Shown: positions 1 to 8,968 of the stretch, piece by piece
Layout of the letters: each line of letters opens with the position of its first letter
Numbering within the stretch: position 1 is the first letter of the stretch
Source: Candidatus Anoxymicrobiaceae bacterium
GTDB taxonomy: Bacteria > Actinomycetota > Geothermincolia > Fen-727 > Anoxymicrobiaceae
Assembly (NCBI GenBank): GCA_036845225.1
Contig: DAIUEJ010000005.1
Span: forward strand, 10,808 to 74,807
Direction: 5' to 3'
DNA: 64,000 nt
Program-made: the position numbers and the translations under genes
The notes under the pieces: model-generated
The model's database searches: none
What the model was told of the DNA's origin: nothing
Seen by the model: only the letters and a program-made list of their open reading frames with translations

Positions 1-358
1 TCACCATGGACAACGTCGAGTCAGTCAAGGCCCGCATTGTGGCGGAGGCCGCCAATGCCCCCGTGACGCCTGAAGCGGAGAGAGAGTCCTTTTCGAGCGC
101 GGTACCTTCGTGATCCCTGACATCCTCTGCAACGCGGGAGGAGTCACCGTGAGCTACTTCGAATGGGTGCAGAACATCCAGTCGCTCCTGTGGAAGGAAG
201 AGGACGTCTACGAGCGCCTGTACGAGATAATGGTCACCGCTTTCTACCGGGTCCTCGAGATCGGCAAGCACCATGGCGTGAACCTGCGTCTTGCTTCGAT
301 GATCCTGGCAGTCGACCGGGTCTCAAAGGCGATCAAGGCTCGGGGCCTTTACCCCTGA
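1..358 (+). CDS. gdhA: Glu/Leu/Phe/Val (glutamate) dehydrogenase, C-terminal part; 5' end lies outside the window; apparent -1 frameshift near nt 84-90
   Basis: Frame 3 (nt 3-107) reads ...KARIVAEAANAPVTPEAERE, then runs out of frame. Frame 2 (110-358) reads IPDILCNAGGVTVSYFEWVQN..., the conserved GDH C-terminus. Inserting 1 nt after gagagag restores ERE[I/L]LFERGTFVIPDIL. Confidence 0.75.
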
Positions 359-378
359 CTAAACTTTTAGGGCGTTCG

Positions 379-477
379 ATGCACCACTGGGGTCAGGCAC
401 CGGTGGTGCATTTTTGATGTTTGACCAGGGAAACGTATTTAAATGCACCACCGGTGCCTGACCCCAGTGGTGCATCC
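379..477. repeat. REP-like element: two inverted copies of a 34-nt hairpin unit (9-bp stem atgcaccac/gtggtgcat, loop tggggtcaggcaccg) separated by a 31-nt spacer, between the convergent gdh and nadE 3' ends
   Basis: Direct reading: 379-412 gatgcaccactggggtcaggcaccggtggtgcat is the reverse complement of 444-477. The loop sequence matches the loops in the inverted repeats flanking the RAYT-like transposase at 21958-22870. Confidence 0.7.
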
Positions 478-486
478 CCGAAACGT

Positions 487-2220
487 TTAGCGGCGGCGGG
501 TTGAGATGGGCATCCGCCAGTCGCGGCCGAACGCCCGGGGAGTGATCTTGACCCCGACGGGAGCCTGCCGCCGCTTGTACTCGTTGGCGTCGACCGTCGC
601 TATCACCCGTGAGACGAGTTCGTGGCTCATGCCTCTAGCCACTATCTCCTGAGCGCCCAGCCCTTGTTCGACGTACGCCTCCAGCACGGGGTCGAGCTCC
701 TCATAGGGAGGCAGTGAGTCGGTGTCGAGCTGGTCCGCCCGGAGCTCGGCGGTAGGCGGCCGCTCGATTATGAACGCCGGGATGACTTCCTTGCCCGCGC
801 GCTCGTTGATGTACTCGGCAACCTCGTAGACCTGTGTCTTCAAGAGGTCCTTGATCAGAGCGAAGCCTCCTGCCATGTCCCCGTACAGAGTGCAGTAGCC
901 CATCGACAGCTCGCTCTTGTTGCCGGTGGCCAGCACCAGCCAGCCGAACTGGTTGGATAACGCCATCAGGAGGTTGCCCCTGATCCGTGCCTGGAGGTTC
1001 TCGTAGGCGACCCCTTCGTCTTTCTCGCCCAGCTCAGGCGCCAGGTCCTCCACATAGCTGGTGTAGACCGATCCTATCGGCAGCACTATCAACTTCACCC
1101 CGAGGTTTTGCACGAGCTCCTCCGCCGCGCTGCCGCTCTCCCCCGCCGTGTACTTGGAGGGGAGGAAAACACATACCACGTTCTCCTTACCCAGCGCCTC
1201 TACGGCGAGCGCCGCGGTCAGCGCCGAGTCGATCCCGCCGGAGAGCCCGAGCACGACCTTCTTGAACCCGTTCTTGGCGACGTATTCATCCAGGCCCAGC
1301 ACCAGCGCCTCGAATATCTCTTCGGTGAGCGACATCTCCGCGACCGGCTCCACGCGCCCTGAATCAGGCCTCGCGGCCTCGAAGGTGGACGGCTTTTCCA
1401 GGACGCAGACCTCAACCTCTGAGTGAGGGCACTCCGCCCGGCTGTAGCGGAACCGCGGCTCCAGGAGGCGATTGCTCTTGAGGGGCTCGAGGTCGACCTC
1501 GCACACCAGCAGCTCTTCTTCAAACCTCCGGGCCGTCGCGATGAACCCCTGTTGAGGATGATAGACACAGGACCCGCCGTCGAAGACCAGCTCGTCCTGG
1601 GCGCCGACCATGTTGCAGTAAGCGATCACGACCGGCCCGTCCATCGACCTCGATGCGATCAGTTTCCTGCGGTACTCGTATTTTCCGCGGTTGAACGGGG
1701 ACGCCGATAGGTTGAGGATGATCTCGGCGCCTCCGCGCGCCACCTGCTCTTCCACCGGCCCGCCGGGGAACCAGATATCCTCACAGATGGTTATTCCCAC
1801 GCGCACCCCGGAGACTTCGATCACCACGTTGCGGTTGCCGGCGCCGAAGTACCTCTTCTCATCGAAGACGCCGTAGTTAGGGAGAAAAGTCTTCCTGTAG
1901 ACGCAGCGCAACTTTCCCCGGTTGATAACGGCCGCCGAGTTGAAGACGTCGTAGTCCGCCTCGGCGTAGCCCACCACCGCGATGGTGTCACCGATGCCGC
2001 TCGCGAGCTCGTTCATCGCGGCCATGCTGCTGCGGTTGAAATCGGTCTTGAGGAGGAGGTCCTCGGGAGGATACCCGGTCAGGCAAAGCTCCGGGAAGAG
2101 CACTATGTCCGCGCCGGCGGCCTTTGCCTCCTCGACGTACTCCATTATCTTGCTCGAGTTGCCCTCGAGATCTCCGACCGCGCTCTTGACCTGAGCGAGC
2201 GCAAGAACCAGTCCTGGCAC
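487..2220 (-). CDS. nadE: Glutamine-dependent NAD+ synthetase (N-terminal CN-hydrolase/nitrilase domain plus C-terminal NAD synthase domain)
   Basis: 577 aa. N-terminus has the carbon-nitrogen hydrolase pattern (LFPELCLTGYPPEDLL) and the C-terminus the NAD synthetase P-loop region (VVLGLSGGIDSAL). Confidence 0.85.
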   Translation of the reverse strand: MPGLVLALAQVKSAVGDLEGNSSKIMEYVEEAKAAGADIVLFPELCLTGYPPEDLLLKTDFNRSSMAAMNELASGIGDTIAVVGYAEADYDVFNSAAVINRGKLRCVYRKTFLPNYGVFDEKRYFGAGNRNVVIEVSGVRVGITICEDIWFPGGPVEEQVARGGAEIILNLSASPFNRGKYEYRRKLIASRSMDGPVVIAYCNMVGAQDELVFDGGSCVYHPQQGFIATARRFEEELLVCEVDLEPLKSNRLLEPRFRYSRAECPHSEVEVCVLEKPSTFEAARPDSGRVEPVAEMSLTEEIFEALVLGLDEYVAKNGFKKVVLGLSGGIDSALTAALAVEALGKENVVCVFLPSKYTAGESGSAAEELVQNLGVKLIVLPIGSVYTSYVEDLAPELGEKDEGVAYENLQARIRGNLLMALSNQFGWLVLATGNKSELSMGYCTLYGDMAGGFALIKDLLKTQVYEVAEYINERAGKEVIPAFIIERPPTAELRADQLDTDSLPPYEELDPVLEAYVEQGLGAQEIVARGMSHELVSRVIATVDANEYKRRQAPVGVKITPRAFGRDWRMPISTRRR

Positions 2221-2281
2221 CTTTCAACCTCCCTGCCGTGCCGCTTCAAAATAGCATACCACGACACGCCGGGAGGCACGC

Positions 2282-2620
2282 TCAGATGGCCCGGTCTCCG
2301 ACCTCTCCCGTCCTTACCCGTATCGCGTCGGCTACATCGGTGACGAATATCTTGCCGTCGCCGATCGCGCCGGTTCGCGCCTTCCTGACGATGATGTCGA
2401 TCATCTTCTCCAGGTCCTCGTCCATGACGACGACCTCGACCTTCACCTTTGGTATGAACCGGATAGTGTAGGCGTTGCCCCGCCATTGCTGCTCCAGGCC
2501 CTTCTGCTTGCCGTGGCCTTTCACCGCGGTGATGGTGACGCCCGGGTAACCGATGGTCTCGAGCCCGTCGATCACTGAATCCAGCTTGTTCGTTCTAACT
2601 ATCGCCTCGACCTTTTTCAT
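2282..2620 (-). CDS. glnK: Nitrogen regulatory protein P-II (GlnK/GlnB family)
   Basis: 112 aa: MKKVEAIVR...TGEVGDGKIFV, the typical PII fold sequence, located immediately downstream of amtB. Confidence 0.9.
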   Translation of the reverse strand: MKKVEAIVRTNKLDSVIDGLETIGYPGVTITAVKGHGKQKGLEQQWRGNAYTIRFIPKVKVEVVVMDEDLEKMIDIIVRKARTGAIGDGKIFVTDVADAIRVRTGEVGDRAI

Positions 2621-2638
2621 CAGTCCTCCACTATCGGC

Positions 2639-4195
2639 TCAGGCAATGTCGTCATAAAGGTCCGTGGTCTCGTCCGTGTATGCCGGGACTCCCATCTCTG
2701 CGGAGTCGAGGCCGTTCACCTCATCCGCGGGGGCCACCCTGATGCCCTGGATCTTATCCTGCACTTTGAAGAACGCATACGCGAGCGTGCACACGAACAC
2801 GATGCACGTCGCCGCGCCGATGAGCTGCACCAGGAACTGTCCATATCCCCCGTAGAGCAGGCCTCTGACGGTCCCTGACACACCGTTCCACCCGGCACCG
2901 TAGGTGCCGTCCGCGAAGATGCCCAGCGCGATGACTCCCCATAGTCCGTTGACGCCGTGGACCGCCACCGCGCCGACGGGGTCGTCGATCTTGAAGCGCC
3001 GCTCCAGTGTGGTCACCGCGACGCACACCAGCACGCCGGCGATGGCACCTATGATCGCGGCTTCCCAGCCGGACACGAAAGCGCACGGCGCGGTGATGGC
3101 CACGAGTCCCGCGAGGCACCCGTTGGCGCTCATGGACGGGTCCGGGAACCCCGTCTTCTTCCACATATACAGCATCGCCACTACGGCACCGAAACAAGAC
3201 GCGAGCAAGGTGTTGGTGGCGACCACCGCCAGCCTGAGGTCGCCGCCGTTCAGGGTGCTGGCGGCGTTGAACCCGAACCATCCGAACACCAGGATGATGG
3301 TCCCGACGATCGCTAGGGGGATGTTGTGCCCGGGTATCGCCCGCGGCGTGCCGTCTTTCTTGAACTTCCCGATGCGCGGTCCGAGCACGAGTATTCCCAT
3401 CAGGCCCGTCAGGCCGCCCACGGCGTGCACCACCGACGACCCCGCGAAATCGACGAAGCCGTGTCCGAGGTGAGCGTGCACACCGAGCTGCGACAGCCAG
3501 CCGCCGCCCCATACCCAGTTGCCGAAGATCGGGTACAGGATAGCGCCCATGAATAACCCGTATACGCAGAACGCGGAGAACTTCCAGCGCTCGGCCATCG
3601 CCCCGGTGGGAATGGTCGCCGCCGTGTCCATGAACACTACTTCAAACAGGAAGAACAGGAAGATCCCGGTATCGTATGCCGGGCCACCCAGGGCGAAGCC
3701 CTTGAACCCGAAGAGGCCCCATCCGCCGATACCCACCTCGCGCGTCATGATCGCGGTGCCGCCGAACATCTTGAGCGCGCCTACCCCTCCGAACATGATC
3801 CCGAACCCGACGAAGTAGAAAGCCAGTACGGCGATGCCGAATATCATGAAGTTGGTCATCATGACGTGGAGCGCGTTCTTCTTCTGGCAGAAGCCCGTCT
3901 CGAGCAGCGCGAACCCGGCCTGCATGAAGAAGACCAGGATGCCGCCGAGAAACACCCAGATGAAGTTGGTGGCGATCTTGTTGTGGCCGACGTCATCGAG
4001 CACGGCGTCCACGGGGCTGGCGCCCTTGTCGGCCGGAGCAGAGACATCGGTCCTGTTGCCGGTCTTTGTTCCGTTCGGGTCACCCGCCCTCGCGATGGAA
4101 CCGAGGCAGAACAGGGCCATAATGATAAGTGCGGCCACCAGCGTCGCCCTGTATAGCTTGTGGCGCCTGTCGCGCATGGTCGTCAAATCCGTCAC
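2639..4195 (-). CDS. amtB: Ammonium transporter (Amt family), forming an amtB-glnK operon
   Basis: 518 aa polytopic membrane protein with Amt signatures (FALLETGFCQKKNALHVMM, DFAGSSVVH) and a signal/TM N-terminus. Confidence 0.9.
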   Translation of the reverse strand: MTDLTTMRDRRHKLYRATLVAALIIMALFCLGSIARAGDPNGTKTGNRTDVSAPADKGASPVDAVLDDVGHNKIATNFIWVFLGGILVFFMQAGFALLETGFCQKKNALHVMMTNFMIFGIAVLAFYFVGFGIMFGGVGALKMFGGTAIMTREVGIGGWGLFGFKGFALGGPAYDTGIFLFFLFEVVFMDTAATIPTGAMAERWKFSAFCVYGLFMGAILYPIFGNWVWGGGWLSQLGVHAHLGHGFVDFAGSSVVHAVGGLTGLMGILVLGPRIGKFKKDGTPRAIPGHNIPLAIVGTIILVFGWFGFNAASTLNGGDLRLAVVATNTLLASCFGAVVAMLYMWKKTGFPDPSMSANGCLAGLVAITAPCAFVSGWEAAIIGAIAGVLVCVAVTTLERRFKIDDPVGAVAVHGVNGLWGVIALGIFADGTYGAGWNGVSGTVRGLLYGGYGQFLVQLIGAATCIVFVCTLAYAFFKVQDKIQGIRVAPADEVNGLDSAEMGVPAYTDETTDLYDDIA

Positions 4196-4246
4196 GCCCG
4201 TCTGACCCCCGTTCGCAGACCGTGTCTCATGAACTCAGGTTAGAAG

Positions 4247-4292
4247 GGCGATGTTTCGTGACGGTTTCACGAATGTAAAATGTAGGTAACAG
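4247..4292 (-). promoter_or_regulatory. Putative nitrogen-regulator (GlnR-type) operator upstream of amtB: GTTAC-n6-TTTAC-n6-GAAAC-n6-GAAAC, followed by ATCGCC
   Basis: Minus strand reads tGTTACctacatTTTACattcgtGAAACcgtcacGAAACATCGCC. The same GAAAC-n6-GAAACATCGCC core occurs upstream of glnA (37883-37917). Confidence 0.45.
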
Positions 4293-4306
4293 CCGAATGC
4301 GCCTCC

Positions 4307-4360
4307 GAGGTCAGGCCCCCGTGGTGCATTTTGACATCAGGCTCAGGACCGGTCAGGGAA
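4307..4360. repeat. Degenerate copy of the REP-like element (ggtcaggcccccgtggtgcattttga...gaccggtcagggaa)
   Basis: Aligns with 391-435 (ggtcaggcaccggtggtgcatttttga...gaccagggaa). Confidence 0.5.
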
Positions 4361-4423
4361 GAGGCGTTCCCGGTGGGTGCTTTCGGGCGCGTTGCTTCTC
4401 TACGGCGTCTGTGACGCCCATCA

Positions 4424-5242
4424 GTGCCTTCTCGAGTGCCGCCCCGTAGCCCGCGCCGACTGCTCCATGAACAGCCCCCTGCGAGCGCCCTCAGGGCGCG
4501 TGCTACGCGATGCGGGGTCAAGGGCTCCGGGGTCCGGCTCGCACTCGGCGCCCAGCAGTCTTCCCCAGTAATACGGGGTTGTGAGCTCTACTTCCGAGGG
4601 GATGCCGCCTTCGCCTCACCGGGCGTCTACGAATACCTGGAGCAGAACCACATCCTCTACGCCACCAGACTTCCCGCAAACCAGGTACTCTCCAGGGATA
4701 TAGAGCACCTCATGACCAGGCCGGTGGGAAGACCTCCCAAGAGACCAAGGGTTTTCTACCATGACTTCTCCTACCAGGCCACCTCCTGGAGCACGCCCAG
4801 GAGGGTGATTGCGAAGGTGGAGTGGCACGCAGGTGAGCTGTTCCCGAGGGTTGGCTTTATCGTGACCAACATGACCGCGAAAGCCAAGAACGTGGTGAGG
4901 TTCTACAACAAGCGCGGCAACTGCGAGCAGTGGATAAAGGAAGGGAAACGCACCCTTACCTGGACCAGGTTATCCTGCACCAGGTTCTCCTCCAACCAGG
5001 TGAGGCTCGCGCTGTTCGTCCTGGCGTACAACATGGGAAACTTCCTCCGCCGTTTCGCCCTTCCGAGTCAGGTCTCGCACTGGTCGCTATCCAGCATCCA
5101 GCTCAAGCTCATAAAGATTGGAGCAAAGGTGATGAGCCATTCGAGGAGGACGATCTTCCAGATGGCGGAGGTCGCCGTCCCTGAGGCGCTATTCGCCGCT
5201 CTCCTGGAGCGTATACGTTGCCTGGTCGCCGCGCCGACTTGA
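4424..5242 (+). pseudogene. IS1380-family DDE transposase, N-terminally truncated remnant (C-terminal ~215 aa only)
   Basis: Motifs RVIAKVEWHAGELFPRVGFIVTNM...FYNKRGNCEQWIKEGKRTLTWTRLSCTRFSSNQVRLALFVLAYNMGNFLRR match the IS1380-family C-terminus. The N-terminal ~60 residues of the ORF are non-homologous read-through, and no N-terminal transposase half is present. Confidence 0.7.
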
Positions 5243-5358
5243 TAGGCACAGAGGTTGTTCACATGAACGCAGAGATAACGGTCAATGGTCCTCAATCGTC
5301 ATCGAAGACGGGCTCGACAGGCAGGCGGTAACTTCGAGAAAGAGAGACGAGGGCGAGA

Positions 5359-5637
5359 TTGCGCCTCGGTAATCGGCTTCAAGGGGGTATAATGATGGCG
5401 TCGGCGGCTGGAAATGGGAAATGTCAGCTGAAAGTAATAGGCCGCTTGAAACCCCCCTTGTTTTCACCAGAAGAAACATGGGAGAAGATTGGGAATGTCG
5501 ACAACGTGGTTTTCCCTACCGGAGCAGTGGTTAGAAATGGCCGTGTCTATATTTACTATGGCGCTGCCGACAAGTTGATTGCCGCGAGATCTGTTGATCT
5601 GGCAGAGCTGTTGACCAAACTCAAGAGAAGCCCGTGA
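5359..5637 (+). pseudogene. Glycoside hydrolase family 130 (GH130), C-terminal fragment only
   Basis: NVVFPTGAVVRNGRVYIYYGAADKLIAARSVDLAELL matches the conserved GH130 C-terminus and is paralogous to the full GH130 gene at 8969-9910. Only ~90 aa are present, directly after the IS remnant. Confidence 0.6.
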
Positions 5638-5641
5638 GACC

Positions 5642-7921
5642 ATGAGCCCCCAACAGCAGAATAGATACTGGATAGTCTGTGTTTCTACCTTCCCGCCGCG
5701 ACAGTGCGGCATCGCCACCTTTACCACTGACCTTACCAATGCTGTTGACAAGATGTTCGAACCGTCGATTAGGTCAAAGATTATTGCGATGAATCGTACT
5801 GAAGTAAGTCATTATTCCTACCCTGACAAAGTAATATCCCAGATATGTCAACCCCGTGAAAAAGACTACGTTGATGCTGCCGACAAGCTCAACCGGCTCG
5901 AAAAGGTAAGACTTGTCAACATCCAACATGAATTCGGGATCTTCGGAGGGGAGAACGGTTCACACATACTTCTCTTTTTAGAAAAACTTCAGAAACCGCT
6001 TGTTGCCACATTACACACAGTTCTTCCCACTCCAGACGAAGGAATGCGCAACGTTGTTCAAGCTATCATGGAGTATTCAAAAGGAATAATCGTTATGACG
6101 CACTACTCAAAGAAGATTCTCGAAAGAGATTACGGGTTGGATCCTAATCGAATTCAAGTTATTCCTCATGGGATCCACCATGTTCCCTATAGAAATACCA
6201 AGAAAGCCAAGTCTGCACTTGGCTTTTCTGGCAAATTGATCCTTTCAACCATTGGATTCCTTAGCCCCGGCAAGGGGATCGAGTACGTGATCGAGGCCTT
6301 GCCGCCGGTAGTACGGAAGTTCCCTAATGTTCGATATCTCGTCGCCGGCATTAGCCATCCTCTTGTTGTGAAACAGGAAGGCGAAAGTTACCGTAATTCT
6401 CTCATAAAGAAAGTTTACGAACTCGGTTTGAGCGAATACGTTCTTTTCGACAACACCTATTATGATCTAAATGACCTTCTAGAGTTCCTATCGGCTACCG
6501 ATATCTATATATCTCCCTCCTTAGATCCAAACCAGACCGTCTCCGGCACTTTGTCTTACGCCCTTGGCAGCGGTCGTCCGGTAATATCCACGGCTTTTGC
6601 CCAGGCCAGAGAGGACATTACTGATGATGTAGGCGTATTAGTTGACTTTAAGAACCCGCAGGCTTTCAGTGATGCCATCATTGAATTGTTGGGCAATGAT
6701 CAGCTTCGTCTGCAAATGGGCAAGAGATCTTATCTACACACAAGACACATGACCTGGCAAAATGTTGCCCTTTCCTACGTGAAATACTTCTCTCAATTTG
6801 TGCCGGAGCTAACCCTGGCACAAAGGGAACTTCCACGCGCAAAGCTTACGCATCTGGCTAAATTGACTGACAACTTCGGCATTATTCAGTTTGCCGAGTT
6901 TGCCGAGCCGGATCTTTCCTCTGGATATACCTTGGACGATAATGCCCGGGCTTTGGTTGTTGCCGCGCTCGATTATGAACAACACAGAACCTCTTCTTCA
7001 CTAAGTCTCGTCTCCATCTACCTCGACTTTCTTTATCGGGTAGCCAAACCCGATGGTTATTTCGATAACTATGTCAATCCAAACCACACTATTGACGAAC
7101 AGAGGAATAGCCGTGAATACTCAGAAGATGCCAGCGCCAGGGGACTATATGCGCTTGCCGTGGTCTCAACTACCAAACAAATCCCCGGACGCTTGAGAAA
7201 AAAGGCCCATTACTTGTTTGAGCAGAGTTTCCGGAAAGACATTGCTTTCTCCTCACCTCGTGCTATCGCTTCTTATATCAAGGCCCTCGCAAGTTTGCTT
7301 TCGAGATGGGAGGATGCAAGAACGCTTGCTGCACTAAAACACAACTGTGAAAAACTCTTGGCTCTATACGAGAAGAATCACTCACAGGACTGGGAGTGGT
7401 TCGAGCCTTATCTGACGTATTCAAATGCTCTCATGCCAGAAGCTCTTCTACACGGATGCAGAATAACCGGTGCGAGAAAATATTTCGAAGTGTCTGAAAA
7501 AACCCTCAGCTTCTTGATTAAGCATACCTTCAATGACAGCATGTACATCCCCATAGGCCAAGACGGCTGGTTTGTAAGGGGAGAGACGAGACAGTATTTT
7601 GACCAACAGCCCGAGGATGTTGCTGCTACCGTAGTAGCTCTCAACGCGATGTTTCGGGTAACGAACGAGGAGCATTACAGGGAATTGGCATACAAAGCAT
7701 TCAACTGGTTCCTGGGAGATAATATGCTTGGGCAGGTTGTCTATGATCACACCACCGGAGGATGTCATGATGGGCTTGGGAAAAAGTCCATTAACTTGAA
7801 TCAGGGAGCTGAATCTACCATTTCTTGCCTTTTGGCCCGTTTTTCATTCGACTGCTCAAAGTCAACTAAAAATTCCCTAGTTACAAACAATCATCGTCTC
7901 CCAATCACCCGGTTAGCATAA
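5642..7921 (+). CDS. Bifunctional-architecture protein: N-terminal GT4 (group 1) glycosyltransferase plus C-terminal (alpha/alpha)6 six-hairpin glycosidase-like domain
   Basis: 759 aa. N-terminal WIVCVSTFPPRQCGIATFTTDL and the Glycos_transf_1 region (GKGIEYVIEAL...). The C-terminal half has repeated helical-hairpin signatures (DNARALVVAALD, GLYALAVV, NQGAES). Confidence 0.6.
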   Translation: MSPQQQNRYWIVCVSTFPPRQCGIATFTTDLTNAVDKMFEPSIRSKIIAMNRTEVSHYSYPDKVISQICQPREKDYVDAADKLNRLEKVRLVNIQHEFGIFGGENGSHILLFLEKLQKPLVATLHTVLPTPDEGMRNVVQAIMEYSKGIIVMTHYSKKILERDYGLDPNRIQVIPHGIHHVPYRNTKKAKSALGFSGKLILSTIGFLSPGKGIEYVIEALPPVVRKFPNVRYLVAGISHPLVVKQEGESYRNSLIKKVYELGLSEYVLFDNTYYDLNDLLEFLSATDIYISPSLDPNQTVSGTLSYALGSGRPVISTAFAQAREDITDDVGVLVDFKNPQAFSDAIIELLGNDQLRLQMGKRSYLHTRHMTWQNVALSYVKYFSQFVPELTLAQRELPRAKLTHLAKLTDNFGIIQFAEFAEPDLSSGYTLDDNARALVVAALDYEQHRTSSSLSLVSIYLDFLYRVAKPDGYFDNYVNPNHTIDEQRNSREYSEDASARGLYALAVVSTTKQIPGRLRKKAHYLFEQSFRKDIAFSSPRAIASYIKALASLLSRWEDARTLAALKHNCEKLLALYEKNHSQDWEWFEPYLTYSNALMPEALLHGCRITGARKYFEVSEKTLSFLIKHTFNDSMYIPIGQDGWFVRGETRQYFDQQPEDVAATVVALNAMFRVTNEEHYRELAYKAFNWFLGDNMLGQVVYDHTTGGCHDGLGKKSINLNQGAESTISCLLARFSFDCSKSTKNSLVTNNHRLPITRLA

Positions 7922-7931
7922 AGGGTTAGCT

Positions 7932-8966
7932 ATGCGCATTGCGATGCTCTCTCCGATTGCTTGGCGCACGCCGCCGCAACATTACGGCCCGTGGGAAAGC
8001 GTGGTCTCCCTTTTGACCGAGGGGCTGGTCTCGCGCGGCTATGATGTTACCCTCTTTGCGACCGGTGATTCGCAAACAAGCGGCAAGCTCCATGCCGTTT
8101 GCGCGCGGGGCTATGAAGAAGACCTCTCCATTATGCCAAAAGTATGGGAGGGCCTGCACATTTCGGAACTCTTCGAGCATGCTGAAGATTTCGATATTAT
8201 CCATAACAATTTTGACTTTCTACCTCTGACATACACCGGCCTTACCACCACCCCGGTCGTTACTACTATTCACGGCTTTTCATCGCCCGGGATTTTGCCG
8301 GTTTACAAGAAATACAACGGCAAGGTGTTCTATGTTTCCATCAGCGATGCCGACCGGTCGCCGGATCTGGACTATATCAAAACCATCCATCACGGCATAG
8401 ATATAAAGCAGTTTGATTTTCAGCCTGAACCGGACGATTATCTGCTCTTTTTCGGGCGCATTCACCATGACAAGGGTGCCAGAGAGGCCATTGAAATTGC
8501 CAGGGCTTGCAATAAAAAGCTGATATTGGCGGGAATCATCCAGGATGAAGCCTACTATCACCAGCACATCGAACCGCACCTGGACAACGACAATGCGGTT
8601 TATGTCGGCAGCACCGGGCCGGTTCAGCGCAACCGGCTGCTTGGCAAGGCATGCGCGCTTCTGCATCCCATAAATTTCAATGAGCCTTTCGGCCTGGCCG
8701 TTATCGAGTCCATGGCCTGCGGCACTCCTGTAATCGCCTTTAACAGGGGTAGCATGCCCGAACTTATAGAAAACGGCAAGAACGGTCTTCTCGTAAAAAC
8801 AGTGGATGAGGCAATAGGGGCTGTTGCACGCATAAAAGATATTGACCGGGTATGCTGCCGCCGCCGTGTTGAACAGCATTTCACGGTCGATCGTATGGTT
8901 GAAGAATATATTCAGGTCTATGAAACGGTTCTCGAAAAAACGAAAAGAGAGGACCACCGACACTGA
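7932..8966 (+). CDS. GT4 family glycosyltransferase (group 1)
   Basis: 344 aa: MRIAMLSPIAW...EPFGLAVIESMACGTPVIAFNRGSMPELIENGKNGLLV, the canonical GT4 C-terminal domain. Confidence 0.8.
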   Translation: MRIAMLSPIAWRTPPQHYGPWESVVSLLTEGLVSRGYDVTLFATGDSQTSGKLHAVCARGYEEDLSIMPKVWEGLHISELFEHAEDFDIIHNNFDFLPLTYTGLTTTPVVTTIHGFSSPGILPVYKKYNGKVFYVSISDADRSPDLDYIKTIHHGIDIKQFDFQPEPDDYLLFFGRIHHDKGAREAIEIARACNKKLILAGIIQDEAYYHQHIEPHLDNDNAVYVGSTGPVQRNRLLGKACALLHPINFNEPFGLAVIESMACGTPVIAFNRGSMPELIENGKNGLLVKTVDEAIGAVARIKDIDRVCCRRRVEQHFTVDRMVEEYIQVYETVLEKTKREDHRH

Positions 8967-8968
8967 CT

